From: Planctomycetota bacterium
GTDB lineage: Bacteria > Planctomycetota > UBA8108 > UBA1146
Length of the DNA: 18,101 nucleotides
Assembly (NCBI GenBank): GCA_036338595.1
Contig: JAYZBV010000010.1
Coordinates: 1 to 18,101 of the forward strand
Reading direction: 5' to 3'
The first letter of the stretch is position 1; every line of letters starts with the position of its first letter. Under the pieces are notes generated by a model. It made no database searches. It was given only the letters and a program-made list of their open reading frames with translations, and was not told the origin of the DNA. The translations under genes and the position numbers were made by a program. Positions 7,643 to 15,392 of this stretch are shown here, piece by piece.

Positions 7643-9298
7643 ATGGGCTTGCTGGATGGGTTCACCTACAAGATCGCAGAGGAACCCTGGGAACTGGAAG
7701 CAGTCCACGCCCTGAACTACAGGACCTTCGTCGAGGAAATTCCTCAACACGAACCCAATGCAGATAGAATACTGACCGACAAATTCCACGAGGAAAACAC
7801 CTACATCATCTGCCTCAATGAAGAGAAACAGATCCTCGCCGGCATGATCGCCTTTCGAGATCAACGCCCCTTCTCCCTGGATGCGAAACTGGACGATCTC
7901 GATTCCTATCTTCCGGATGGTCGATCACTTTGTGAGATTCGACTGCTGGCGGTGGAACGAGATTACCGCTACACGAGAATCTCCCAGGGGCTCATCGCGC
8001 AACTTGTTCAGTACTCGACCGATTGCGGATATGACATGGCCGTGATCTCTGCCACCGTGCAGCAACTCAAGTTGTACAAGTACCTTGGCTTCGTCCCCTT
8101 TGGTCCCGTCGTTGGGCCCGAGGAAGCAAGATACCAGCCGATGTATTTGACGGTGGAGGCGTATCAGGAACTCAAAACCCGTTCGAGTTCTTTTGCCAGG
8201 GAATCGGTGGAGCTGACCAACGACGACACGATGGCCTTCAACTTTCTCCCGGGCCCCGTCGATTTTGCCAAACAGGTGCAGGATGCTTACAACGAAGCCC
8301 CTTGCTCTCATCGTGGCCAGGGGTTCGTGAGAGACTTCCAGAGGGTGCGCCAGTTGCTCTGTGAAATGTCGGGAGCAGGTCAGGTCCAGTTATTGATGGG
8401 ATCCGGCACGCTGGCCAACGATGCCATCGCGGCACAGTTGTCGCTGAAAGAAAGCACCGGACTGATTCTTGTCAGTGGCGAGTTTGGACGACGTCTTCAG
8501 AATCATGCCAGGGGTGCCAGGTTAAACTTTCACACGCTGGAGATTCAGGAGGGCCAGGCATTCGAGGCCAGAGACATCGAACAGGCTCTCGCCGATCACT
8601 CCGATATCGAGTGGATCTGGGGAACGCATTGCGAGACATCCACAGGGGTACTCAATGATATCGAGATGTACAAATCGATCTGTGCCTCGCGCAACATCCG
8701 GCTCTGCCTCGATTGCATCAGCTCTCTGGGAACGGTTCCGGTCGCTTTGGCGGGGGTCTACCTCGCCTCCGGGACCAGCGGCAAGGGCATGGCATCGATC
8801 GCGGGGCTGTCGATGGTGTTCCATCATCACGAGATTGTGCCGGCTCCAGAGAACATCCCGTGTGCACTGGATCTCGGGATTTACCAGCAGCACGAGGGCA
8901 TTCCATTCACCATCCAGTCCAATCTCGTGTATGCCTTGCTCGCTTCCTTACAGCGAGATGACTGGCAAAAGAGGTACGAGGATGTCAGCAGCTGGTCACG
9001 GAGTGTCCGACAGCAGTTGACGGAAATCGACTTACCCACCATGGCGCCCGACTCGTGCGCGATGCCGTCTGTTGTGACGATACCTCTGGATAAATCTCAT
9101 TCTTCGGAGGCCATCGGAGAGACACTGGGGAAGCATGGAATTCTCATCAGTTACAGAAGTGGTTATCTGCTCGAACGAAACTGGATTCAGGCGTGTAGGC
9201 TTGGCGAAGAAAGCAAGCCCGCAGAAAAACTGGTGCGTCTGCTGAAGAAAGAACTGAAGCGCTCGGATGTGCCGTCGGCTTCTCATCCGGGTCCCTGA
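7643..9298 (+). CDS. Two-domain protein: N-terminal GNAT-fold N-acyltransferase (N-acyl amino acid synthase/FeeM-LuxI-like) fused to a class V PLP-dependent aminotransferase
   Basis: Residues ~1-175: KIAEEPWELEAVHALNYRTFVEE...DKFHEENTY...CEIRLLAVERDYR...LYKYLGFVPFG. Residues ~195-551: FLPGPV, SHR, GSGTLAN, SGEFGRRL, HCETSTGVLND, LDCISS and SGTSGKG (PLP Lys381, nt 8783-8785), which resembles the PhnW/serine-pyruvate aminotransferase group. Confidence 0.85.
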   Translation: MGLLDGFTYKIAEEPWELEAVHALNYRTFVEEIPQHEPNADRILTDKFHEENTYIICLNEEKQILAGMIAFRDQRPFSLDAKLDDLDSYLPDGRSLCEIRLLAVERDYRYTRISQGLIAQLVQYSTDCGYDMAVISATVQQLKLYKYLGFVPFGPVVGPEEARYQPMYLTVEAYQELKTRSSSFARESVELTNDDTMAFNFLPGPVDFAKQVQDAYNEAPCSHRGQGFVRDFQRVRQLLCEMSGAGQVQLLMGSGTLANDAIAAQLSLKESTGLILVSGEFGRRLQNHARGARLNFHTLEIQEGQAFEARDIEQALADHSDIEWIWGTHCETSTGVLNDIEMYKSICASRNIRLCLDCISSLGTVPVALAGVYLASGTSGKGMASIAGLSMVFHHHEIVPAPENIPCALDLGIYQQHEGIPFTIQSNLVYALLASLQRDDWQKRYEDVSSWSRSVRQQLTEIDLPTMAPDSCAMPSVVTIPLDKSHSSEAIGETLGKHGILISYRSGYLLERNWIQACRLGEESKPAEKLVRLLKKELKRSDVPSASHPGP

Positions 9299-9445
9299 TC
9301 TGAAGACTCGAGACAGCAGACCTGGAGCCCGGTTTCTGTTACTCTCCGTTCGATGATTTTCATCTGCAAACTCCCGGCTACCGACTCTGAGTGCTGGTCT
9401 GCTTCCACCCCGAGTGCGCTGGCCAAAGCGGAACGGACCGAACCG

Positions 9446-11146
9446 ATGCGAGTTGGTATTCGGCCGCTGCTGCCGGAAGCAGTAGCACTGATCACGCTGC
9501 TTCCCCTGGCCCTGGCGATGTCGGCAGGATGTACTACCGACGATGTCCCTTCGACGGTAGGCGCAGAAGATCACCGATTTCTGGATGTGACCGATCAATC
9601 CGGGCTGACCCCGCAGCATCTTCAGGAAAAATCCAAGGATCGCTTCATGCCAGAGAGCATGACGGGCGGCGTAGTGCTGTTCGATTGCGATGGAGATGGC
9701 GATCTCGATCTCTATCACATCCGACACGGACTCACTTCCGATCGTTTCACCGCATCCGCTTCGGCGGGAAATCGACTCTACAGGCAAGATGACCACTGGC
9801 ACTTCACCGATGTCACGGAAACCTGTGGAGCTGCAGATCGTGGCTATGGGATGGGCGCAGCCGCTGGAGACATCGACAACGATGGAGACCTGGATCTCTA
9901 CATAGGAAATCTAGGACAAGATCGATTGTTGAGAAACGATGGGAGTGGGGTTTTCACCGATATCACGGAGGCATCCGGGATCGATGTGTCGGGTTGGAGC
10001 AGTTCGATCCTGTTTGCCGATATCGATGCGGATGGACACCTCGATATCTATGTCTGCCGTTATCTCGACTTCGATGAACAGGTGAGAATCAACGATTCTG
10101 CCGGGCGACCCGAATATCCGGCGCCAGGGATGTTTCGGGGAGCGCAGGATCAGCTGTTGCGAAATAACGGCGATGGATCCTTCGTCAACATCACCATCGA
10201 AGCTGGATTGAAACGGGCTTCCAGGGGACTCGGGGTAGTGGTCTCCGATCTGGATGCAGATGGAAACATCGATTTCTACATCGCAAATGATGGAGAACCC
10301 AACCAGGCGTGGATCGGCGATGGAGCCGGAGGATTTCGAGACGAGGCTCTTGCCATGGGACTGGCGGTCAACATCTTCGGTCAGCCGGAAGCGGGGATGG
10401 GCATCGCTCACGGCGACATCGATGACGATGGACTGGAAGACCTGATCGTGACACATCTGGTGAGCGAGTCGGACACCCTGTATCGCAATCTAGGTGACGG
10501 GAACTTCGAGGATGCGACCGGTTCTCGTGGGCTGGCTCATCCGACGCTGGATTACACGGGGTTCGGTTCGGCGCTCTTCGATGCAGATGGAGATGGAGAC
10601 CTGGATCTGGTCACGGTTCATGGCCGGGTGTTACGAGGATCCGAGCATCCTGGGGCCACGGGAGATGCGTACTGGAAGCGATACGCAGAGCAAGATCACC
10701 TCTTCATCAACGATGGTCGGGGCCGCTTCTTGCTCGATGCCAACAGCGGATTTTCCAGCAGGACAGCGGTGAGTCGTGGGCTAGCGATCGGCGACATCGA
10801 TAACGATGGGGATCTTGATGTCGTCATCGCCGAGGCGGATGGATCGCTACGACTCTGGAAAAACCAGTCGGAAGCCGCCCTTTGGTGGTTACTGGATGTC
10901 ATCGATGCCTCGACAAATCGGTGCGATACCGGCGCAGTCGTCGAGTTCCATCAGGGGGATGCAGTACACATCAGAAGAGTCGCTGGCGGCGGCAGCTATC
11001 TTTCTGCCAGCGACCTGCGCGTTTATTTTGCATCCACCGACGAAGTCACTCAATTGAAGGTACGCTGGAGCGATGGAGAACAAGAGCGATTTACGGTTCC
11101 AGCCCCTGGTCGAGTGAGCACCATCCGGAAGGGGGCCGGAGAATGA
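9446..11146 (+). CDS. CRTAC1-family FG-GAP repeat / ASPIC-UnbV protein, predicted lipoprotein
   Basis: Seven DxDxDGxxD repeats (DCDGDGDLDLY, DIDNDGDLDLY, DIDADGHLDIY, DLDADGNIDFY, DIDDDGLEDLI, DADGDGDLDLV, DIDNDGDLDVV). The C-terminal GAVVEF..RRVAGGGSYLSASDLRVYF..VRWSDG is ASPIC/UnbV-like. From ATG 9446 there is a signal peptide ending LAMSAG-C. Confidence 0.88.
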   Translation: MRVGIRPLLPEAVALITLLPLALAMSAGCTTDDVPSTVGAEDHRFLDVTDQSGLTPQHLQEKSKDRFMPESMTGGVVLFDCDGDGDLDLYHIRHGLTSDRFTASASAGNRLYRQDDHWHFTDVTETCGAADRGYGMGAAAGDIDNDGDLDLYIGNLGQDRLLRNDGSGVFTDITEASGIDVSGWSSSILFADIDADGHLDIYVCRYLDFDEQVRINDSAGRPEYPAPGMFRGAQDQLLRNNGDGSFVNITIEAGLKRASRGLGVVVSDLDADGNIDFYIANDGEPNQAWIGDGAGGFRDEALAMGLAVNIFGQPEAGMGIAHGDIDDDGLEDLIVTHLVSESDTLYRNLGDGNFEDATGSRGLAHPTLDYTGFGSALFDADGDGDLDLVTVHGRVLRGSEHPGATGDAYWKRYAEQDHLFINDGRGRFLLDANSGFSSRTAVSRGLAIGDIDNDGDLDVVIAEADGSLRLWKNQSEAALWWLLDVIDASTNRCDTGAVVEFHQGDAVHIRRVAGGGSYLSASDLRVYFASTDEVTQLKVRWSDGEQERFTVPAPGRVSTIRKGAGE

Positions 11147-12912
11147 TCACGCAATCGGGCAGGGCACACCTTCGTGGCATGCTCATCCCCTTGACGTTTC
11201 TGGTGCTACTGGTCGGTGGGTGGTGGGCGATCCGCCAGGCCGGCCCGGAGTTACCACCGATCGATCGACACGGCCTTCATCGGTCGGTAGAAATACGCCT
11301 GGATGAACTGGTCGAGCAACTGGCGGCATCTCCCACGGAGGCATCTTCATGGGGTGAGCTTGCTATATTGCTCGATCTTCACCAGCAACCCGCCGCAGCG
11401 ATCACCTGCTATCGAAAGGCGATGGAGATCGATCCGGCAGATGCACGCTGGCCCTACCTCGCTGGAATCTGTGCCAGCCTTGGAGATACCGATCAGGCAC
11501 TCCTCTTTTTCGAGATGGCTGCAATGACGATGCAGCATGCTCCACTGCCGATTCGCCAGGGCCAATTGCATCTGGGTCGAGGCGAAGTGGATCTTGCAAG
11601 AGATCTGTTCGAACAGGGAGTGCAGCTCGATGCCACCCTGATCCAGGGGCATCTCGGACTGGCGCGATGCGCCCTGGCCAGTGGCGATCCGGCCGAAGCC
11701 GCATCTCATCTGGATCGTTGCGAACAGTTGCAACCCTCTGCCGGAGAAGTCGCCAGTGCCCGAGCCATCTGGTGGCGATTGCAGGGAGACATGGAACGCG
11801 CCGCCAGCAGTCTCGAGGAAGCTGCTGACAAATTACCTCGTGAACCGTTGCCGGATGGCGTGCGACAGGATGCGGTGAACAGTCAGGGAGTGGGCCCCCG
11901 CTGGAGACGAGAACGCAGTCAGAGATGGTTGGTCTCGGGGCGAACCGACCAGGCAAGAGCTCTCTGGCAACAGGCGATCTCCGATGATCCCACCGATGCC
12001 ACGGCGAACCTGGAACTGGCGCATATAGCCCAGCTCCAGAACGATTATCCGCTAGCGCAGGCAAGCTACACCAGAGCAGCCGAGCTGGATCCTGACCTGG
12101 CGGCGGCGCATGCAGGTCTTGGAGTGCTGCAGATGCGAGGTCAATCGTTCGAAGCAGCAGAGAAGTCGTTTCGTCGGGCACTCGATCTCGATCCGGAATC
12201 GGCGCAGGTTCGAGCGAATCTGGGTTCATTGCTGGTGGCTACAGCCAGAGGCGCGGAGGGATTGCAACTACTGACCGATGCCTGCGAGCGGTTGCCAGAA
12301 GATACGGATCTACGATTCAATCTGGCGATGGCATACCGGAAACTGGAGCAGTGGCCAGAATCCAGCGATCAGTTCTCGGTGTTGCTCGATCTCGATCCCG
12401 ACCGCACCCGGGCGCGCTTCGAGTGGGGAGTGGTGCTGGCGCAGCTGCAACGATTTTCAGCCGCAGCCGATCAGTTCAAGATCGTTCTCGAGAGTGAGCC
12501 GGGCCGCGCATCGGTCTGGATGAATCTGACCCGAGCACAAGTGCGAGAGCAGCTTTACGGCGACGCACTCGCATCGCTTCGTTCGGCTCATGCTGCCGTA
12601 CCCGGCGACTGGCGCATCGCATCGGAGTTGGCGTGGCTGCTGGCCACCTGTCCCGATGAGCGCTGGCGAGACGGTTCGGAAGCCAGACAACTCGCTGCGA
12701 TCTTGTGTCAGAAACAAGGTCCCACTTATCCACGCTCCCTCGATGTCTGGGGTGCAAGCCTTGCGGAATGTGGTGAGTACGATGCCGCCATCGAGAAACT
12801 GCTGCTGGCCAAGAAATACCTCGACGAGCATCCCGAACTACCGCGGGATCCGGAGCTGGATGAGCGCCTGGCCGGATATCGCAGCGGCACCCCGTATCGA
12901 TTTGATCGCTAG
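11143..12912 (+). CDS. Membrane-anchored tetratricopeptide repeat protein
   Basis: ATG 11143 overlaps the upstream stop (ATGA). There is an N-terminal TM helix (LIPLTFLVLLVGGWW), many TPR units (AITCYRKAMEIDP, YTRAAELDP, FRRALDLDP, LLDLDP) and a C-terminal LAWLLATCPD..RDGSEA module. Confidence 0.85.
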   Translation: MITQSGRAHLRGMLIPLTFLVLLVGGWWAIRQAGPELPPIDRHGLHRSVEIRLDELVEQLAASPTEASSWGELAILLDLHQQPAAAITCYRKAMEIDPADARWPYLAGICASLGDTDQALLFFEMAAMTMQHAPLPIRQGQLHLGRGEVDLARDLFEQGVQLDATLIQGHLGLARCALASGDPAEAASHLDRCEQLQPSAGEVASARAIWWRLQGDMERAASSLEEAADKLPREPLPDGVRQDAVNSQGVGPRWRRERSQRWLVSGRTDQARALWQQAISDDPTDATANLELAHIAQLQNDYPLAQASYTRAAELDPDLAAAHAGLGVLQMRGQSFEAAEKSFRRALDLDPESAQVRANLGSLLVATARGAEGLQLLTDACERLPEDTDLRFNLAMAYRKLEQWPESSDQFSVLLDLDPDRTRARFEWGVVLAQLQRFSAAADQFKIVLESEPGRASVWMNLTRAQVREQLYGDALASLRSAHAAVPGDWRIASELAWLLATCPDERWRDGSEARQLAAILCQKQGPTYPRSLDVWGASLAECGEYDAAIEKLLLAKKYLDEHPELPRDPELDERLAGYRSGTPYRFDR

Positions 12913-13083
12913 CCGTATTGGCCATCTGAAGGCCTTTCCTGGCCATTCCTGAATATTCGAGATTGCCGGTCCAGTGTGCCGTTCGTTTCGGATTTCATCT
13001 TGCTGGCATGTTTGCGAGCAACCTCTGGCGCCCGCCCTTGAGGACACTGAAGTCACCGAGAATATCGAGGGATAGGAGCAGTC

Positions 13084-13983
13084 ATGACACAACCCACCGA
13101 TAACAGCATCAGTTCGAGTCGTATTGGCATCGTATTCAGTCTGGCGCTGATGGTTCTGGTGAGTTTCGGATCTGCCGTCGTAGCAGCCGACACTCAGGGC
13201 CGTCCTGCAAAGGATCCGGTCGTCGGATCTTCCGGAGACGGCAAGCCCACGCCGGACTCTGCAGCCAGTGTTTTTCTGGGACCGATGGAAAAAGCATCGC
13301 TGGTGCTCATCACTGACCTCGAGAGCGCAAAGAGCTCCGTCACTTCCACCGATGGCAACGGCCAGTACAGGCTCCCCAAGGGCCTTCCCAGCACGGTCAT
13401 CTATGTTGCGACCAGAGGCCGGGTGTTCGACCTCAGTAGTGGGCGATTGACGGACTCCACGGTCATCCTGTCAGCAGTCCAGGTTCGTGGTGTGGCCGAT
13501 GACGATCCTCAGGTGAACATTCTCACGACTCTGGTGGCCGCACGTGCCAATGCCCTGGCCGGTCCCGCCTCGCGCGGCCCCTTCGCCCGCATTGCGATGC
13601 CATCTTCCATCCAGCAGGCAGAGCAAGAGGTACAAGATGCTCTCGCTGTTGCACTCATCGAGATGCGTCAAGATGAGAGCACGCTGGCTACCGAGAAGGA
13701 TCCTCGCGCCGATGGAACAGCAGGCCAGGCCCAGTTGATCCATGTCAGCATGGTGGTCAGCGAAGCCGCTTCTAGGAGAGTGGCCAGGGGCACCGATCCG
13801 GCGGTGGGAATCGAATCGATCATCGAGGATATGGTCCAGCAGATAGCAAACCTGGGTCGATTCGAATCGAGCCTGGTCCAGGAATTACGAGCTGCCGAGC
13901 AGAACATGAATGCGGTCCAGATGCTGCGCACGCTGCAGCAGGAGTTCGGTTTCGGGGCCAACCTGTTGCCCTTTTACCGATGA
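13084..13983 (+). CDS. Exported hypothetical protein
   Basis: AGGAG Shine-Dalgarno and a signal peptide (RIGIVFSLALMVLVSFGSAVVAA). A beta-rich segment GPMEKASL...TDGNGQY...VNILTTL is followed by a helical C-terminal half. Confidence 0.75.
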   Translation: MTQPTDNSISSSRIGIVFSLALMVLVSFGSAVVAADTQGRPAKDPVVGSSGDGKPTPDSAASVFLGPMEKASLVLITDLESAKSSVTSTDGNGQYRLPKGLPSTVIYVATRGRVFDLSSGRLTDSTVILSAVQVRGVADDDPQVNILTTLVAARANALAGPASRGPFARIAMPSSIQQAEQEVQDALAVALIEMRQDESTLATEKDPRADGTAGQAQLIHVSMVVSEAASRRVARGTDPAVGIESIIEDMVQQIANLGRFESSLVQELRAAEQNMNAVQMLRTLQQEFGFGANLLPFYR

Positions 13984-13989
13984 ATGCCT

Positions 13990-14085
13990 CCTCGGAAATG
14001 TCCCGATAGCCAGGAAGCCACGAGAGTCTAGCCCAGCAACAAGGAAACGATCTCCCCGGCCTCTTCGAGGTGCGGGGAGATCTAC
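13990..14085 (+). repeat. Intergenic repeat, copy 1 (27-bp leader + 30-bp extra segment + hairpin core)
   Basis: 14042-14085 is identical over 44 bp to 15316-15359. 13990-14016 matches 15294-15320 at 24 of 27 positions. Confidence 0.9.
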
Positions 14086-14091
14086 TCTTTT
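14049..14091 (+). terminator. Probable intrinsic terminator (hairpin core of repeat copy 1)
   Basis: Perfect 10-bp stem GATCTCCCCG/CGGGGAGATC with an inner GCCTC/GAGGT stem, followed by TACTCTTTT. It lies about 65 nt after the stop at 13983. Confidence 0.6.
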
Positions 14092-14262
14092 GCAGTGCGG
14101 GTTCATCGATTCAAAAATTTGGATAGGCGTTTCCGGCGCTGTTTTTCGTTGCAAGGCTCTTGTACGAATAGAAAACCCATCTGGGTACAATGCCAGGCGG
14201 GATTGCCGTGGGGGCATTGCTCGGATGATGGATGATTTATTTCACCTTGAAGCGAGGGCAAG

Positions 14263-15264
14263 ATTCATCATCAACGCAGCTGGACAGCGGTTTTTGCGCT
14301 TCTTCTACTCGCCTCCTGTAGCCCGCTACCACGAAACGATTCATCCTTTTCCTGGCAAAGGGCCGAGGAGCGTTTGTCCGAAGGGTTGTTTCGACCGCAG
14401 CAGGATCCTCCGGAATATATCGTGATGGATGGTTATCCGGAAAGGTTCCAAACGGCTCTCGCATCTGGAATTGATGAGGCTCGCAGTTTCCTGGGAAACT
14501 ATGGTCCCGTCCGGGTCTATGTCTTTGGCGAACCCGGCGATGACGAGGCTTCCCGGCAGGCATTGAAAGATGTTGCCGAGTCCTACTGTCGAGCACGACG
14601 GGAAACGGCACTTCCTGGATTTGAAGAAGACTGCCTGGATGGTCCTGCCAAACGCCTGGTCGAGGTAGCAACATCAAGTGGTCAGGAAGCCTTTCTCTCG
14701 GCGGTCATCTTCACCGACCCACCGTTTGCCGAACTTATTTTTATCAATGCCGATCACTGGGGAGCCTCTGATTTACCGCTTCGAGGCATCCATGAATACA
14801 CTCATGTTTTCCAGCAAGCCCATAGAGAATCTCCCGGCTGGCTGATGGAAGGCGGAGCAGTCTTTTTCGAGGCATGGCTCGGCAGCGAGAGAGGCTGGGT
14901 GGACTTCCCGCGGGCGATGAAGAGGTCTATGCAGAGTGCCCAGACGGGGAGATCTGCAGGTCGCGGTCTCAAGGACATGGAATACACCCGAGACTTACCC
15001 GGAGAAATGGAACCCTTCCATCGCAGTATCGCTTACGACATGGGGGTCTGGGCCGTCACCTTTATCATCGCTCATTCCGAGACTGGAAGCATTGAGAGCT
15101 ATCGTGATGAGTTCTACCCGCTTTTGCAGGAACACGGCTGGAGAGTGGCGGTGGCGAAATATACGAGGACCAGTGACATCGATGAGTTTTATCAGCAGTT
15201 CGATGAGTTTCTGGCCATTCCATTACAAGAGCAGATGAAATTACTGGAAAACATCCGGCGCTGA
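14263..15264 (+). CDS. Putative gluzincin-type zinc metallopeptidase, predicted lipoprotein (start codon uncertain)
   Basis: HEYTH (14791-14805) followed by WLMEGGA gives HExxH plus a downstream Glu. The frame stays open upstream of the ORF-track TTG 14374 to 14251 and encodes HHQRSWTAVFALLLLAS-C (Cys 14317-14319). The only plausible start before this signal is ATT 14263. Confidence 0.7.
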   Translation: MHHQRSWTAVFALLLLASCSPLPRNDSSFSWQRAEERLSEGLFRPQQDPPEYIVMDGYPERFQTALASGIDEARSFLGNYGPVRVYVFGEPGDDEASRQALKDVAESYCRARRETALPGFEEDCLDGPAKRLVEVATSSGQEAFLSAVIFTDPPFAELIFINADHWGASDLPLRGIHEYTHVFQQAHRESPGWLMEGGAVFFEAWLGSERGWVDFPRAMKRSMQSAQTGRSAGRGLKDMEYTRDLPGEMEPFHRSIAYDMGVWAVTFIIAHSETGSIESYRDEFYPLLQEHGWRVAVAKYTRTSDIDEFYQQFDEFLAIPLQEQMKLLENIRR

Positions 15265-15293
15265 TGGAGTTGGCGATGGATATCGCAAACCTG

Positions 15294-15359
15294 CCTCGGA
15301 AATATCCCAGTAGCCAGGAAACGATCTCCCCGGCCTCTTCGAGGTGCGGGGAGATCTAC
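15294..15359 (+). repeat. Intergenic repeat, copy 2
   Basis: Same leader and 44-bp hairpin core as copy 1, without the 30-bp segment. Confidence 0.9.
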
Positions 15360-15366
15360 CCTTTTT
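15323..15366 (+). terminator. Probable intrinsic (possibly bidirectional) terminator between convergent genes
   Basis: Same hairpin (15323-15356) followed by TACCCTTTTT. It sits between the stops at 15264 (+) and 15393 (-). Confidence 0.6.
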
Positions 15367-15392
15367 CAACAAGTTGTTCCGTGTTTCGAGCC

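Noticed and set aside
8230..9298. Calling the fusion phnW (aminoethylphosphonate transaminase)
   Set aside because: It is the same fold class, but there are no phnX/phnA or phosphonate biosynthesis genes in the window. The GNAT fusion and plsY context point to lipid chemistry. The substrate remains unproven.
9353..9445. Longer start for the FG-GAP protein
   Set aside because: It would bury the lipoprotein signal peptide. ATG 9446 fits better, though the exact start is not proven.
9680..10830. Recurring GATGGAGAT/GACATCGAC-type nucleotide repeats
   Set aside because: They are explained by the seven FG-GAP DxDxDGxxD protein repeats.
10882..11142. N-terminal extension of the TPR ORF
   Set aside because: It overlaps the ASPIC/UnbV domain in another frame. 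ATG 11143 gives an ATGA coupling and an N-terminal TM helix.
11402..12229. 275-aa antisense ORF, and similar antisense ORFs (9032..9802, 6965..7552, 763..1254)
   Set aside because: They lie opposite well-supported genes, have Arg/Pro-rich shadow composition and show no motifs.
14233..14250. In-frame TGAs upstream of the peptidase as further Sec codons
   Set aside because: They are not in a redox motif, there are two TGAs close together, and they lie before a signal peptide.
13990..15359. Repeat pair as a CRISPR array or integron attC sites
   Set aside because: There are only two copies 1.3 kb apart, with no spacer periodicity and no cas genes. I found no RYYYAAC/GTTRRRY core-site pair around the hairpin and no integrase in the window.
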